Part shown: one piece after another, positions 8,037 to 17,581 of the stretch | How the letters are laid out: every line of letters starts with the position of its first letter | Position numbering within the stretch: the first letter of the stretch is position 1 | From: a virus | Lineage: Duplodnaviria > Caudoviricetes | Direction: 5' to 3' (one strand) | Length of the DNA: 42,907 bases | Virus record (IMG/VR): IMGVR_UViG_3300020403_000024 | Coordinates: 1 to 42,907 of that record | Position numbers and translations under genes: made by a program | The notes under the pieces: generated by a model | Told to the model about the DNA's origin: nothing | Database searches by the model: none | Seen by the model: only the letters and a program-made list of their open reading frames with translations

Positions 8037-9609
8037 AGCACACCAACCATGTAATGACTGTGGGTCATCTGATGCACTCTGTGAGTACGATGATGGTCAC
8101 ACCTATTGTTTCTCTTGTAATACACACAAGTGGATCGATGGTCGTCCGTCTGAGCCGACAGTCGTGTCAGAGGATTTGGTCAAAGGATTGTTATTCCGTG
8201 CGATACCTAACCGCAAACTCAGTGAGGATGTGTGTAAGAAGTATGGCTACGGTGTAGCACAAGTGAACGGTGAGCCATGTCACGTTGCACCTTACAGAAA
8301 TCTGAAGGGTGAAATCTGTGGACAGAAGCTACGGTTCGCAAACAAACAGTTTCAAACGCGAGGCAACATGTCGAACGTTCAACTGTTTGGTCAGCATCTT
8401 TGGAAACCTACCAAGCGCGTTGTCGTTTGTGAGGGTGAGATCGATGCGCTCAGTTATCATGCGGTTACTAAATCGTGGCCCGTGGTTTCTATTCCTAACG
8501 GATGTCAATCTGCCAAGCGCGCAATCGCTAACAACATTGAGTGGCTCGAAGGTTTCGAGGAAGTCTGCTTTATGTTTGATAACGACGAGCAAGGGCAGAA
8601 GGCTGCCAAGGAATGCGCTGAAATACTTTCGCCCGGCAAAGCTACAATTGCTCAACTTGGAAAGTATAAAGATGCAAATGAAATGCTGGTTGATAACGCT
8701 GTTAAAGAGTTAGTTCAATCAGTATATACAGCAAGTGTACACCGACCAGATGGTGTACTTAATGGAAAGGAAATATGGGATGCAGTTCGAACTCCTATTA
8801 CGATGGGCGCACCATATCCATTCAAAAGTTTCAACGATGCTCTCTTCGGTTTTAACAAGAGTACGATTGTCACGCTTACGGCTGGCAGTGGAGTCGGTAA
8901 ATCTACGATTGCGGCTCAGATTGCTTATTCGTTGGCTATCAATGAAAATAAGACAATCGGTTATGTGGCTCTTGAGGAAAGCCTTGGACGCACTGGCTTG
9001 CGATTCATGTCCTATGCAATCGGCAAACAGTTGCACTTGCCACAAGACATCGATGACACAGAACGGAAAGTAGCGTTCGATAAAAGTTTAGGAACTGGTC
9101 GGTTCGTTTTATATGACCACTTCGGTTCATTAGATACCGACCACCTTCTAAACAAACTACGATATATGGTGAAAGCATGTGGTGCTGAATACTTATTCAT
9201 CGACCACCTGTCTATCTTGCTATCGGGTAGTGACTTCATGGTCGCGAACGGTGACGAGAGAAAGCAGATTGATTACGCCATGACTAAACTCAGATCATTC
9301 GTACAACAAATGAATGTAGGCATGATGCTGGTTTCACATCTCAGTCGCCCTAGTGGTGACAAGGGGTATGAAGACGGCATCGAACCTACGTTGGCAAAAC
9401 TGCGTGGCTCACAATCGATAGCACAACTGTCAGACGTTGTGTTAGCGGTTAGCCGTAACGCATCCGACGGTGAGAACCGATTGAAGGTGCGTTGTCTAAA
9501 AGAGAGACACGTTGGTAACACCGGCGAACTGTGTGAACTGATCTACAATCCGGACAGTGGCTTGCTTGAAGAAGCAGTCGAGTTCGAAGCAGAGGTAATT
9601 AAACTTTGA
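8008..9609 (+). CDS. primase-helicase (T7 gp4-like)
   Basis: Zn finger CNDC...CFSC, TOPRIM CEGEIDALS and FDND, Walker A AGSGVGKS, IDHL, VSHL, LRGSQSIAQLSD. Confidence 0.96.
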   Translation: MSDIQSSITKAHQPCNDCGSSDALCEYDDGHTYCFSCNTHKWIDGRPSEPTVVSEDLVKGLLFRAIPNRKLSEDVCKKYGYGVAQVNGEPCHVAPYRNLKGEICGQKLRFANKQFQTRGNMSNVQLFGQHLWKPTKRVVVCEGEIDALSYHAVTKSWPVVSIPNGCQSAKRAIANNIEWLEGFEEVCFMFDNDEQGQKAAKECAEILSPGKATIAQLGKYKDANEMLVDNAVKELVQSVYTASVHRPDGVLNGKEIWDAVRTPITMGAPYPFKSFNDALFGFNKSTIVTLTAGSGVGKSTIAAQIAYSLAINENKTIGYVALEESLGRTGLRFMSYAIGKQLHLPQDIDDTERKVAFDKSLGTGRFVLYDHFGSLDTDHLLNKLRYMVKACGAEYLFIDHLSILLSGSDFMVANGDERKQIDYAMTKLRSFVQQMNVGMMLVSHLSRPSGDKGYEDGIEPTLAKLRGSQSIAQLSDVVLAVSRNASDGENRLKVRCLKERHVGNTGELCELIYNPDSGLLEEAVEFEAEVIKL

Positions 9610-9610
9610 T

Positions 9611-9997
9611 ATGCCAAGAACACAATCGACCGAAGACCGCCGATTGTACCGACGCAAAAAGAAAGCAGAGTTAGTTGCATATAAGGGCGGGAAGTGTGAG
9701 CGTTGTGGTGAGGAATACCCATCAGACGTTTACGATTTTCACCATCGTGATCCACACACGAAGGAATTCACATTAGACGTGTCGCGCATGTCGGCGGTGA
9801 AGTGGAGTAGGATAGTTGCAGAGGCTGACAAATGCCATCTGCTTTGTTCTAACTGCCACCGACTAGTACACGCAAACAACGAGGAAGAATACTTTGGAAA
9901 GCAACAAGACAATCCTGATAGCAGACATAGAGACAGACGGATTCATAGCGAACAAATGTCACTGCCTCTCGATCTCGAACCTAGCAGCTCCGACTGA
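9611..9997 (+). CDS. HNH endonuclease
   Basis: CERC...DFHH...LLCSNCHRLVH; tail overlaps the polymerase start. Confidence 0.85.
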   Translation: MPRTQSTEDRRLYRRKKKAELVAYKGGKCERCGEEYPSDVYDFHHRDPHTKEFTLDVSRMSAVKWSRIVAEADKCHLLCSNCHRLVHANNEEEYFGKQQDNPDSRHRDRRIHSEQMSLPLDLEPSSSD

Positions 9998-11636
9998 CAT
10001 CATTACTTATTCGGATGCTGATGGTTACCCCGCGATTGAGGAAGGGCTCGACCGACTTATCAAGGCAGACCACACGGTCTGGCATAATGGTTTGGGGTAT
10101 GACCATCCAACATTAAAAAGACTATACCCTGATTACGAGATACCTTTTGAGAAGGTGATAGATACATTAGTACTGTCGAGATTACACAATCCGATTCAGC
10201 GCAAGCACTCCCTAGAATATTGGGGTGAGCAACTTGGTCTGAATAAGATTGAGTTCGATAGTTTCGAAACGTTCACGCCAGAGATGGCAGAGTATTGTGA
10301 GCGTGATGTGCTAGTAACCTCAAAGATATTCAAGCATCTATATAAATCGATGGATGGTTTCAAGGGGTGGGAAGACGCTATCGAAATGGAACACAAGTTC
10401 GCCTTTGTAATTAACTTACAATACGAACATGGTTTCCGTTTAGATGTAGACAAAGCGGTTGCACTATCTGCCGAACTACGACAAGAGATGGCAGACATAG
10501 AAATAGAATTACAAGAAGCATTCCCACCTATTGTTACTGAGAGATACTCAGAGAAGACAGGCAAACGGCTGAAGGATGGGGTCGAAGTGTTCAACCCGGG
10601 AAGCCGAATGCAAATCGCCCAGCGCCTTATTGACCGCTACAACTACAAGCCTGACACGTTTACTCCAACAGGTTCACCTCGCATCGACGAAGGTGTTCTT
10701 GCAAAGCTAGACTATCCGGAAGCAAAGTTGATATCTCGCTATCTGTTTTGTCAAAAGCAGTTAAGTCAAATTAGTGAGGGTGCATCCGGCTGGCTGAAGT
10801 GTGTAACGGACGACGGCTATGTGCATGGCAAGGTCAACACGATTGGTACAGCGACATCGCGGTGCAGCCATTGGGGACCGAACATGGGTCAGATCTCAAA
10901 GCGTGATTTAAGAATGCGGGAGATGTGGTTACCTGATGAGGGGCATAAGCTGGTTGGTTGTGATGCTGATGCATTAGAACTTAGAATGCTGGCACACGAC
11001 CTTGGTCACTTTGATAGTGGGGCATATGCAAAGGCTCTACTCGAAGGGTCTAAAGACGATGGCACTGATGTACACTCACGAACTGGTGCGGTCCTGGGCT
11101 TATCAAATCGGGATATCGTCAAGCGCGCAACCTATGCATTTTTGTATGGCGCGTCGAATCACAAGCTAGGTCAGATTATGGCTGACGCTGGTAAGAAGAT
11201 GTCGGGCAAAGAAGTCCGGCGTCGTATGGAGCAAGGCATCACCGGTCTTGATAAACTAGTCAGCATCATCGCTGACAGGTGTGAACGTGGATATATCTTA
11301 GGCATAGATGGTAGACGAGTACCTATCTTGTCACCGCATTCTGCACTGAACTTTCGTCTGCAAAGTAGCGGAGCGATTGTGATGAAGAAAGCGCTAGTGG
11401 TATTTCATTTTGACGTTGCGCCTAAAGCCGGGCATGTCGTGAACAATCAACCCATCACCTTTAAGTACTGTGCGAACGTGCATGATGAAGTGCAACTTTC
11501 GGTACAACCTGAGTACGCAAAAGAAATCGGTCAGCTATTTGCTAAGTCGATTGAGATTGCTGGCACACAACTGGAACTGAAGTGTCCGGTATCAGGATCG
11601 TATGACATTGGTGACAATTGGAAGGAAACTCACTGA
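9894..11636 (+). CDS. DNA polymerase family A (T7 gp5-like)
   Basis: Exo DIETDG, HNGLGYD, YCERDV; DADALELR (A), KRATYAFLYG (B), NVHDE (C). Confidence 0.97.
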   Translation: MESNKTILIADIETDGFIANKCHCLSISNLAAPTDIITYSDADGYPAIEEGLDRLIKADHTVWHNGLGYDHPTLKRLYPDYEIPFEKVIDTLVLSRLHNPIQRKHSLEYWGEQLGLNKIEFDSFETFTPEMAEYCERDVLVTSKIFKHLYKSMDGFKGWEDAIEMEHKFAFVINLQYEHGFRLDVDKAVALSAELRQEMADIEIELQEAFPPIVTERYSEKTGKRLKDGVEVFNPGSRMQIAQRLIDRYNYKPDTFTPTGSPRIDEGVLAKLDYPEAKLISRYLFCQKQLSQISEGASGWLKCVTDDGYVHGKVNTIGTATSRCSHWGPNMGQISKRDLRMREMWLPDEGHKLVGCDADALELRMLAHDLGHFDSGAYAKALLEGSKDDGTDVHSRTGAVLGLSNRDIVKRATYAFLYGASNHKLGQIMADAGKKMSGKEVRRRMEQGITGLDKLVSIIADRCERGYILGIDGRRVPILSPHSALNFRLQSSGAIVMKKALVVFHFDVAPKAGHVVNNQPITFKYCANVHDEVQLSVQPEYAKEIGQLFAKSIEIAGTQLELKCPVSGSYDIGDNWKETH

Positions 11637-11830
11637 TGTGGAAAGTAGTTGTACTAGCTTGCAATCTATTCAACCCCGAACAGTGCATGAAGTTTGATGA
11701 TGCATGGGGACCGTATGCAACTAAACAAGAATGTGTAGAACGAGGAGAAGTCTTAGCGCAAGACATTCTCAAAATATTACCGCCGTCGCGCTTGTGGTGG
11801 CGTTGTGAACCAGAGAGGGAAATGACATGA
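11636..11830 (+). CDS. small Cys-containing hypothetical protein
   Basis: TGATG coupling; MWKVVVLAC...C...C...C. Confidence 0.65.
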   Translation: MWKVVVLACNLFNPEQCMKFDDAWGPYATKQECVERGEVLAQDILKILPPSRLWWRCEPEREMT

Positions 11831-12843
11831 CAACAGCAATTATAGATGGCGACATCGTAGCATTCAGATCTGCCGCTGCGGTGAGTGAGCCCAGCGACAC
11901 CATCATGTCCTTCAACCCTACTCATGCTAAAGAGTACATGGAACACATGATGAATGAATGGACGAAGATGGTAAAACCTAACACCATTGTTATGTGTTTC
12001 AGTGACGAATCAAGGCATTACTTTCGCCATGAAATCTTTCCTGAGTACAAAGCAAACAGAGGTGGAATTGAGCGACCTTCTGCACTCAATTTCTGTTTCG
12101 AATATCTAGCAGAAAAATACAAGGTTGTTCGTAAACCAAACCTCGAAGCTGACGACTTGTTAGGCATACTAGGCACACAGCCTGATATAGATAATCCTGT
12201 CGTTATCAGTATTGATAAAGACATAATGACTTTGCCTTGTAAGGTATTCAATCCTGATAAGATGCGACGACCTATTCGCATCAATCCTAACGTCGCTGAT
12301 CTAGCTATCTTTAAGCAAGCTATGGTCGGTGATAGTTCTGATAACTACAAAGGCATTCCCGGGGTAGGAACAGTTAAGGCTGATAAAGTTTTAGCTAATG
12401 CCCCACACCCAAAGCTAGCATGGGATGTAACGCGACAAGCGTTCCTCGATGCTGGATTAACAGAAGACTATGCCATCTTGATGGTACGACTAGCGCGTAT
12501 CCTGAGACATGGTGACTATAAAGAAACAACCGGAGAAGTAAGACTATGGACAGCAAACCAGCCAGACATATGGATGAAGCCATCAGCCCCAGCCACTACC
12601 AATTCAGAGCAACCGTCACACTCGACGACGGAACAAAAGTCTCAGCCACCATCGAAACCAAAGACTACATCAAAGCAGTCTGCCGGACGCTCGAAGGTGA
12701 CGAAGCGTGGGCGGTCAGCAACATCCTCAAGTACATCAGCCGGTACAGAACAAAGCATAGAGAAAACGTCGGACGCGACGTCAACAAAGCAATCGAGTAC
12801 ACCGACTTCCTTATCGAAATCCTCAAAGAAAAAGGCATCATAA
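11827..12843 (+). CDS. 5'-3' exonuclease (T7 gp6-like) with long low-complexity tail
   Basis: IDGDI, YKANR, LEADD, SIDKD, GDSSDNYKGIPGVG, RLARILR. Confidence 0.93.
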   Translation: MTTAIIDGDIVAFRSAAAVSEPSDTIMSFNPTHAKEYMEHMMNEWTKMVKPNTIVMCFSDESRHYFRHEIFPEYKANRGGIERPSALNFCFEYLAEKYKVVRKPNLEADDLLGILGTQPDIDNPVVISIDKDIMTLPCKVFNPDKMRRPIRINPNVADLAIFKQAMVGDSSDNYKGIPGVGTVKADKVLANAPHPKLAWDVTRQAFLDAGLTEDYAILMVRLARILRHGDYKETTGEVRLWTANQPDIWMKPSAPATTNSEQPSHSTTEQKSQPPSKPKTTSKQSAGRSKVTKRGRSATSSSTSAGTEQSIEKTSDATSTKQSSTPTSLSKSSKKKAS

Positions 12844-12848
12844 AGTGA
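12546..12848 (+). CDS. DUF3310 / T7 gp1.7-like nucleotide kinase domain protein
   Basis: ISPSHY...IETKDYI...SNILKYISR...DVNKAIEY; GGAG RBS; nested in the exonuclease tail. Confidence 0.8.
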   Translation: MDSKPARHMDEAISPSHYQFRATVTLDDGTKVSATIETKDYIKAVCRTLEGDEAWAVSNILKYISRYRTKHRENVGRDVNKAIEYTDFLIEILKEKGIIK

Positions 12849-13249
12849 TGAAGGATCGTACAAGAGAAATGGCGGTGATGGAATTCAATAAGGCTTTCGA
12901 TCACCCCATCGATACACGCATGACAGTTGACGAACTCATGCTACGTTTCGAACTAATCAAAGAGGAATTTGAAGAATTATCACTAGAGGTGCATAGCGCT
13001 GGGTGGCGTTTGTCTCATGGCAAACCACCGGACAACCTTGAGAACCTTCTGAAAGAACTCGCAGATTTACAATATGTAGTAAGTGGCTTTGCTGTGGTTT
13101 TCGGTCTACCACTGCAAGTCGCATTCAACAGAGTGCATGAATCAAACATGTCGAAGTTAGGCGAAGATGGTAAGCCCATCAAGCGTGACGACGGTAAAGT
13201 ATTAAAAGGACCTAACTACCAACAACCAAATCTCAAGGACTTAATATGA
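12848..13249 (+). CDS. MazG-like / PRA-PH NTP pyrophosphohydrolase
   Basis: LIKEEFEEL, KELADLQYV, VHESNMSK, DGKVLKGPNY. Confidence 0.9.
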   Translation: MKDRTREMAVMEFNKAFDHPIDTRMTVDELMLRFELIKEEFEELSLEVHSAGWRLSHGKPPDNLENLLKELADLQYVVSGFAVVFGLPLQVAFNRVHESNMSKLGEDGKPIKRDDGKVLKGPNYQQPNLKDLI

Positions 13250-14940
13250 CAATATCTAATTACCACTACGGACCTACTCTTCCTCTCTCACAAGAAATCG
13301 ACCGCGAGAAGTATCGCCAAGAGGGTGAAGACTTTTATCAAAAAGTAACTCGTATTGCACAAGCGTTGAAAGACGACGCTAATCATTTCGAGGAATTTCG
13401 TGATGCACTACGACACATGCGCTTCCTACCGGCTGGTCGTGTGCAGAATGCTATGGGCGCTGCGCGTCAAACTACAGCGTTCAACTGTTTTGTCAGTTCT
13501 CCAATTGAAGATTCGATGGACTCGATCATGGCGGTAGCTACTGAGGCTGCTGAAACTATGAGGCGAGGCGGTGGTATTGGATATGACTTTAGTAGGATTA
13601 GACCACGCGGTGATAGAATTAAATCACTAGATAGTAAAGCGTCAGGTCCTATCAGCTTCATGGGTATCTTCGACGCGGTGTGTCAGACCATAGCTTCGAG
13701 CGGCCACCGCCGGGGCGCGCAGATGGGCTGCATGTTGATATCCCACCCCGATATCGAGGAGTTTATTCTAGCTAAGAATAACTCTGACAAACTACTAGGA
13801 TTCAATATTTCAATTCTAGTGACTGACAAGTTTATGAATCACTTGCAGTCTGGTGAGCCATTCCCCCTTGAGTACGAAGGAAGAACCTATAAAGAAGTAG
13901 ACCCTAAAGCGCTATGGGATATGGTCATGCGCTCGACATGGGATTACGCAGAGCCGGGCGTTCTGTTTGTAGATACTATCAATAAAAACAATAACTTATG
14001 GTATTGTGAAAATATCAGCGCGACTAATCCATGTGCCGAACAACCTCTACCACACAACGGTGCTTGCTTGTTGGGCTCATTTAACTTGGTTAAGTATGTT
14101 CTCGATGGGCAATTTGATTATGGCGCTTTGACTAGAGACATCTATCCAGTAGTTCGCGCTATGGATAATGTCGTTGATAGAACAATCTATCCGCTCCCAG
14201 CGCAAGAGAAAGAAGCTAAAGAGAAAAGACGCATGGGTCTAGGCGTTACCGGACTAGCTAACGCTGGTGCGATGATGGGCTTAGAGTATTCCAGCCCGGC
14301 ATTCATGGAGTGGATGCATAAAGTGTTGGGTATTATTCGTGATCACTGTTATGCGGCGTCGGCTGACCTTGCAATGGAGAAGGGAAGTTTCCATAAGTAC
14401 GAAGAAGAAATGTACATTCAAGGTAACTTCTATAATACCCTTTCAGATTGGGTCAAAGAAAAGATTGAAAAACAAGGACTTAGGAATTCACACCTACTTT
14501 CTATTGCGCCGACCGGAACAATCAGTCTTGTCGCTGACAACGTGTCGTCAGGCATCGAGCCACCGTTTGCGTTGTACTATGACAGAACTATCCAGAACTT
14601 CGATGGTCAGCAAATAGAACGTGTGGAAGACTATGCGTATCGTCAAGGGTATGTCGGTAAGACTGCCAATGAGATTACCGCGCAAGACCATGTTCGTGTT
14701 CTTGCTTGTGCATCTGCTTATGTTGATTCAGCCGTGTCTAAAACTTGCAACGTTGGTGACGACGTATTGTATGAAGAGTTTAAGACGCTATACGAAAATG
14801 CATGGGCTCTTGGCTGTAAAGGCATAACGACGTTTAGGGCTGCTGGGAAGAGATACGGCGTTTTGAACGAAGTTAAAGAAGAGCCAAAAGCAGAGGCTTG
14901 CTACATTGATCCGGCAACCGGACAAAAGGAGTGTGCTTAA
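13246..14940 (+). CDS. nrdJ: ribonucleotide reductase, probably class II (adenosylcobalamin-dependent)
   Basis: FLPAGR, FNCFV, TNPCAEQPL, ACLLGSFNL, IAPTGT, C-terminal Cys pair; no beta subunit gene in the window. Confidence 0.88.
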   Translation: MTISNYHYGPTLPLSQEIDREKYRQEGEDFYQKVTRIAQALKDDANHFEEFRDALRHMRFLPAGRVQNAMGAARQTTAFNCFVSSPIEDSMDSIMAVATEAAETMRRGGGIGYDFSRIRPRGDRIKSLDSKASGPISFMGIFDAVCQTIASSGHRRGAQMGCMLISHPDIEEFILAKNNSDKLLGFNISILVTDKFMNHLQSGEPFPLEYEGRTYKEVDPKALWDMVMRSTWDYAEPGVLFVDTINKNNNLWYCENISATNPCAEQPLPHNGACLLGSFNLVKYVLDGQFDYGALTRDIYPVVRAMDNVVDRTIYPLPAQEKEAKEKRRMGLGVTGLANAGAMMGLEYSSPAFMEWMHKVLGIIRDHCYAASADLAMEKGSFHKYEEEMYIQGNFYNTLSDWVKEKIEKQGLRNSHLLSIAPTGTISLVADNVSSGIEPPFALYYDRTIQNFDGQQIERVEDYAYRQGYVGKTANEITAQDHVRVLACASAYVDSAVSKTCNVGDDVLYEEFKTLYENAWALGCKGITTFRAAGKRYGVLNEVKEEPKAEACYIDPATGQKECA

Positions 14941-15134
14941 TGACACCCCAAGAATTTGGGATGTGGGGGCTATCAGCATTTGTGTGGGTCTGCACCGTGT
15001 TTTTCACGGTGTGGGCTACGTCCTTCGTCCGTAATGAAAGGCAGAAACTCTGGCTAGAAGAGCAAATGAGACTGCGCTTTTTAGAGCAAGTTGACAAAGA
15101 AGAACTACATATTGAATTCAAACCAGAAGAATAG
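14940..15134 (+). CDS. small membrane protein
   Basis: TAATG coupling; N-terminal hydrophobic helix. Confidence 0.6.
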   Translation: MTPQEFGMWGLSAFVWVCTVFFTVWATSFVRNERQKLWLEEQMRLRFLEQVDKEELHIEFKPEE

Positions 15135-15149
15135 AGGGGGGTTCTGCCC

Positions 15150-15350
15150 ATGAAACTAGACGAAGACTATCCATTTCCCGAAACCAGCGAACAACTAATA
15201 GAACGTTTGGACGAGGCATACCCGCCCCGCTGTCTTGGGAAAGACGAAGACGTCATTGCTCATCATCGTTATGCAGCAGTGCGCGCTTTCATAGACGAAC
15301 TAAAACAGGCACTATTAGAATACAAAGAAGGTGACAATGAAGATCCGTAA
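15150..15350 (+). CDS. conserved pre-portal hypothetical protein
   Basis: LIERLDEAYP pattern; GAGGGGG RBS; position typical of T7-like phages. Confidence 0.7.
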   Translation: MKLDEDYPFPETSEQLIERLDEAYPPRCLGKDEDVIAHHRYAAVRAFIDELKQALLEYKEGDNEDP

Positions 15351-15792
15351 GATGATACCAAGCGATGTTCCTATTGCTATTGCTCTTGGACATGCGATGC
15401 ATGAAGAGAGTTACTTTAATTTCCTCGACTTTGACGAGAGTAAATTGAAACGGCTTTGGCAGAACATCGAAGATATGCCGACAATGTTTTGTGCATTTGT
15501 CGCTGAATCAGACGGAGAGGTCATTGGCTTTTTTGTAGGCATGTGTACTGAACACTGGTTTGGGTACGATAAAGTCGCATGTGACTTAGCAGTGTACATC
15601 CGCACAGATAAGCGCGGAAGTACCGCAGCTCCGCGATTGATAAAAGCCTATGAAGAATGGGCTTGGAACACCGCGAATGCTAAAGAAGTTCACATCGGAA
15701 CATCAACTAATGTAAACTCTGAACGTGTAAAAACACTATATCAAAGACTAGGCTATGGTGATGAAGCGTTCTTTTTAAGAAAAAGGAAATAG
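15337..15792 (+). CDS. GNAT-family acetyltransferase-like protein
   Basis: MKIRKM...D, FVAESDGEVIGFF, VYIRTDKRG, LYQRLGY. Confidence 0.8.
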   Translation: MKIRKMIPSDVPIAIALGHAMHEESYFNFLDFDESKLKRLWQNIEDMPTMFCAFVAESDGEVIGFFVGMCTEHWFGYDKVACDLAVYIRTDKRGSTAAPRLIKAYEEWAWNTANAKEVHIGTSTNVNSERVKTLYQRLGYGDEAFFLRKRK

Positions 15793-15796
15793 GAAT

Positions 15797-16027
15797 ATGT
15801 GTGGCGGACCTAGAATATCTGCTCCACCGCCTCCTCCACCACCTCCAGCACCAGCCCCAGCGCCAACTGCACCAGCACCAAGCGCGGCTGTACTGCCGGA
15901 TGCTCAAGGCTATATTCAAAGCCGGAGAAAGAGGAAAGGCGCTGGACGAGCGAATCTTCGAATTCAGCTAAATCAGGGCAATGGCGCGGGAACTGCCGTT
16001 GGTACTGGTATCAATACTAACCAATAA
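15797..16027 (+). CDS. small virion protein (gp7.3-like position)
   Basis: MCGG start, Pro-rich, GRANLRI motif, directly before portal. Confidence 0.7.
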   Translation: MCGGPRISAPPPPPPPPAPAPAPTAPAPSAAVLPDAQGYIQSRRKRKGAGRANLRIQLNQGNGAGTAVGTGINTNQ

Positions 16028-16038
16028 ACGAGGTGATC

Positions 16039-17574
16039 ATGGCAGAGACTGCACGATCCCGCTATGAACTAATGAAGCGGAAGCGTGACCCATATCTACG
16101 TCGGGCTAGAGATTGTGCAGCTCTGACAATCCCCGCTCTGATGCCCCCAGAAGGTCATAACGAATTTGCGTTATTGCCCGAACCGTATCAGGGTCTAGGG
16201 GCTAGAGCGACAGTAAGTCTAGCTAGTAGATTGATGGTTGCGATGTACCCGCCCGGGAAGTCGTCATTCAAACTAGATGTGCCAGCGGAAGCCAGAATTC
16301 AATCTGGTGAGATGGCTCTATCGCCAGACATCGAGCAAGGTCTTGTGATGTCTGAAACTTTGATTGGCGCTGAGATCGAGCGGAAACAGTGGCGACGTTC
16401 AACAAACCTCGCTTTGCAATATCTTCTAGTAACAGGAAACGTTCTAGAATTTATGCAACCCGATAATACAATACGCATCTTTCGACTAGATCAATTCTGT
16501 GTATCTAGAGATATGCAAGGTGACATTATAGAAATAATAACAGAAGAATATCTGTCACCCGAAAGTTTGCCCGACAACGCAAGAGGGCTGGTAGCGGAAG
16601 ATGATTTTACTGACAACCGCGTACCTTTGTATACGCACATCAAGCGTAACAAAGACCTAAACTACGACGTGTATCAAGAGATCAATGGCAAGACTGTGCC
16701 TAAATCTAAAGGTCTTTATGAGACATTGCCGTACAACGCATTACGATATACTTCCGTCGTGGGGGAAGACTACGGAAGAGGTAAGGTAGAAGAACACTTG
16801 CCAGATTTACGCACCATTGACGCCTTGTCGAAATCACTTATCGATGGCGCGGCGATGGCTTCTCGTAACATCACAATGATACGTCCTAACGCAGCCGGTG
16901 GTATTAACCTAAGACGTCGTATCGCAAAAGCTGATAACGGCGACATTATTGTTGGCAACGCTGAAGACGTTGTGATGCTACAGTTTCAGAACAACAACGG
17001 TATGCAATTATGTGCGGCCGAACTGGAACGACAGACGCGAGAAGTATCGCAAGCATTCTTAATGGGTGCAGCGACAGTGCGTGATTCAGAAAGAACCACG
17101 GCATTCGAAGTACGAAGAATGACGGAAGAACTTGAAGCCACTCTAGGTGGAGTTTATTCGCAGTTATCGGAAACGATGCAACAAGCGCGTATGAGGAGAC
17201 TCATTGTGCAAATGAAGAGAAATGGTCAGCTACCGGATTGGCCCGATAATCTTGTCGAGCCGGTAATCCTAACTGGCATGGAAGCACTTGGACGTGAACA
17301 GGACGTTAATAAAGTGCAAACCGCTCTCGCATTCCTCTCAGGTATGCCACCAGAAATGATGAGGTTCATTAAAATGGACGTACTTCTATCTAAGGCATTC
17401 CACGGTCTTGATCTGCCAGACGCAGTGAGAAACCAACAAGAAGTAGAGGAAGAGCAAGCGGAACAGGCTAGACAGGCCGCCCTTGCAGCCGGGGCTCAAT
17501 CTGCCGCACAAGCAGCGGGTGGAATGGGCGCAGAGGCAGTTATCCAGCAAGCAACAGCTAATATGAACCAGTGA
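16039..17574 (+). CDS. portal / head-tail connector (gp8-like)
   Basis: ALTIP, PYQGLGAR, GEDYGRG, RDSERTTAFEVR, LGGVYS, TGMEALGR. Confidence 0.96.
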   Translation: MAETARSRYELMKRKRDPYLRRARDCAALTIPALMPPEGHNEFALLPEPYQGLGARATVSLASRLMVAMYPPGKSSFKLDVPAEARIQSGEMALSPDIEQGLVMSETLIGAEIERKQWRRSTNLALQYLLVTGNVLEFMQPDNTIRIFRLDQFCVSRDMQGDIIEIITEEYLSPESLPDNARGLVAEDDFTDNRVPLYTHIKRNKDLNYDVYQEINGKTVPKSKGLYETLPYNALRYTSVVGEDYGRGKVEEHLPDLRTIDALSKSLIDGAAMASRNITMIRPNAAGGINLRRRIAKADNGDIIVGNAEDVVMLQFQNNNGMQLCAAELERQTREVSQAFLMGAATVRDSERTTAFEVRRMTEELEATLGGVYSQLSETMQQARMRRLIVQMKRNGQLPDWPDNLVEPVILTGMEALGREQDVNKVQTALAFLSGMPPEMMRFIKMDVLLSKAFHGLDLPDAVRNQQEVEEEQAEQARQAALAAGAQSAAQAAGGMGAEAVIQQATANMNQ

Positions 17575-17581
17575 GGATTTT

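Noticed and set aside
15820-15885. CCA/CCT-rich repeat as a DNA element or CRISPR-like array
   Set aside because: Explained by the poly-Pro/PA coding tract; no repeat-spacer array seen anywhere in the window.
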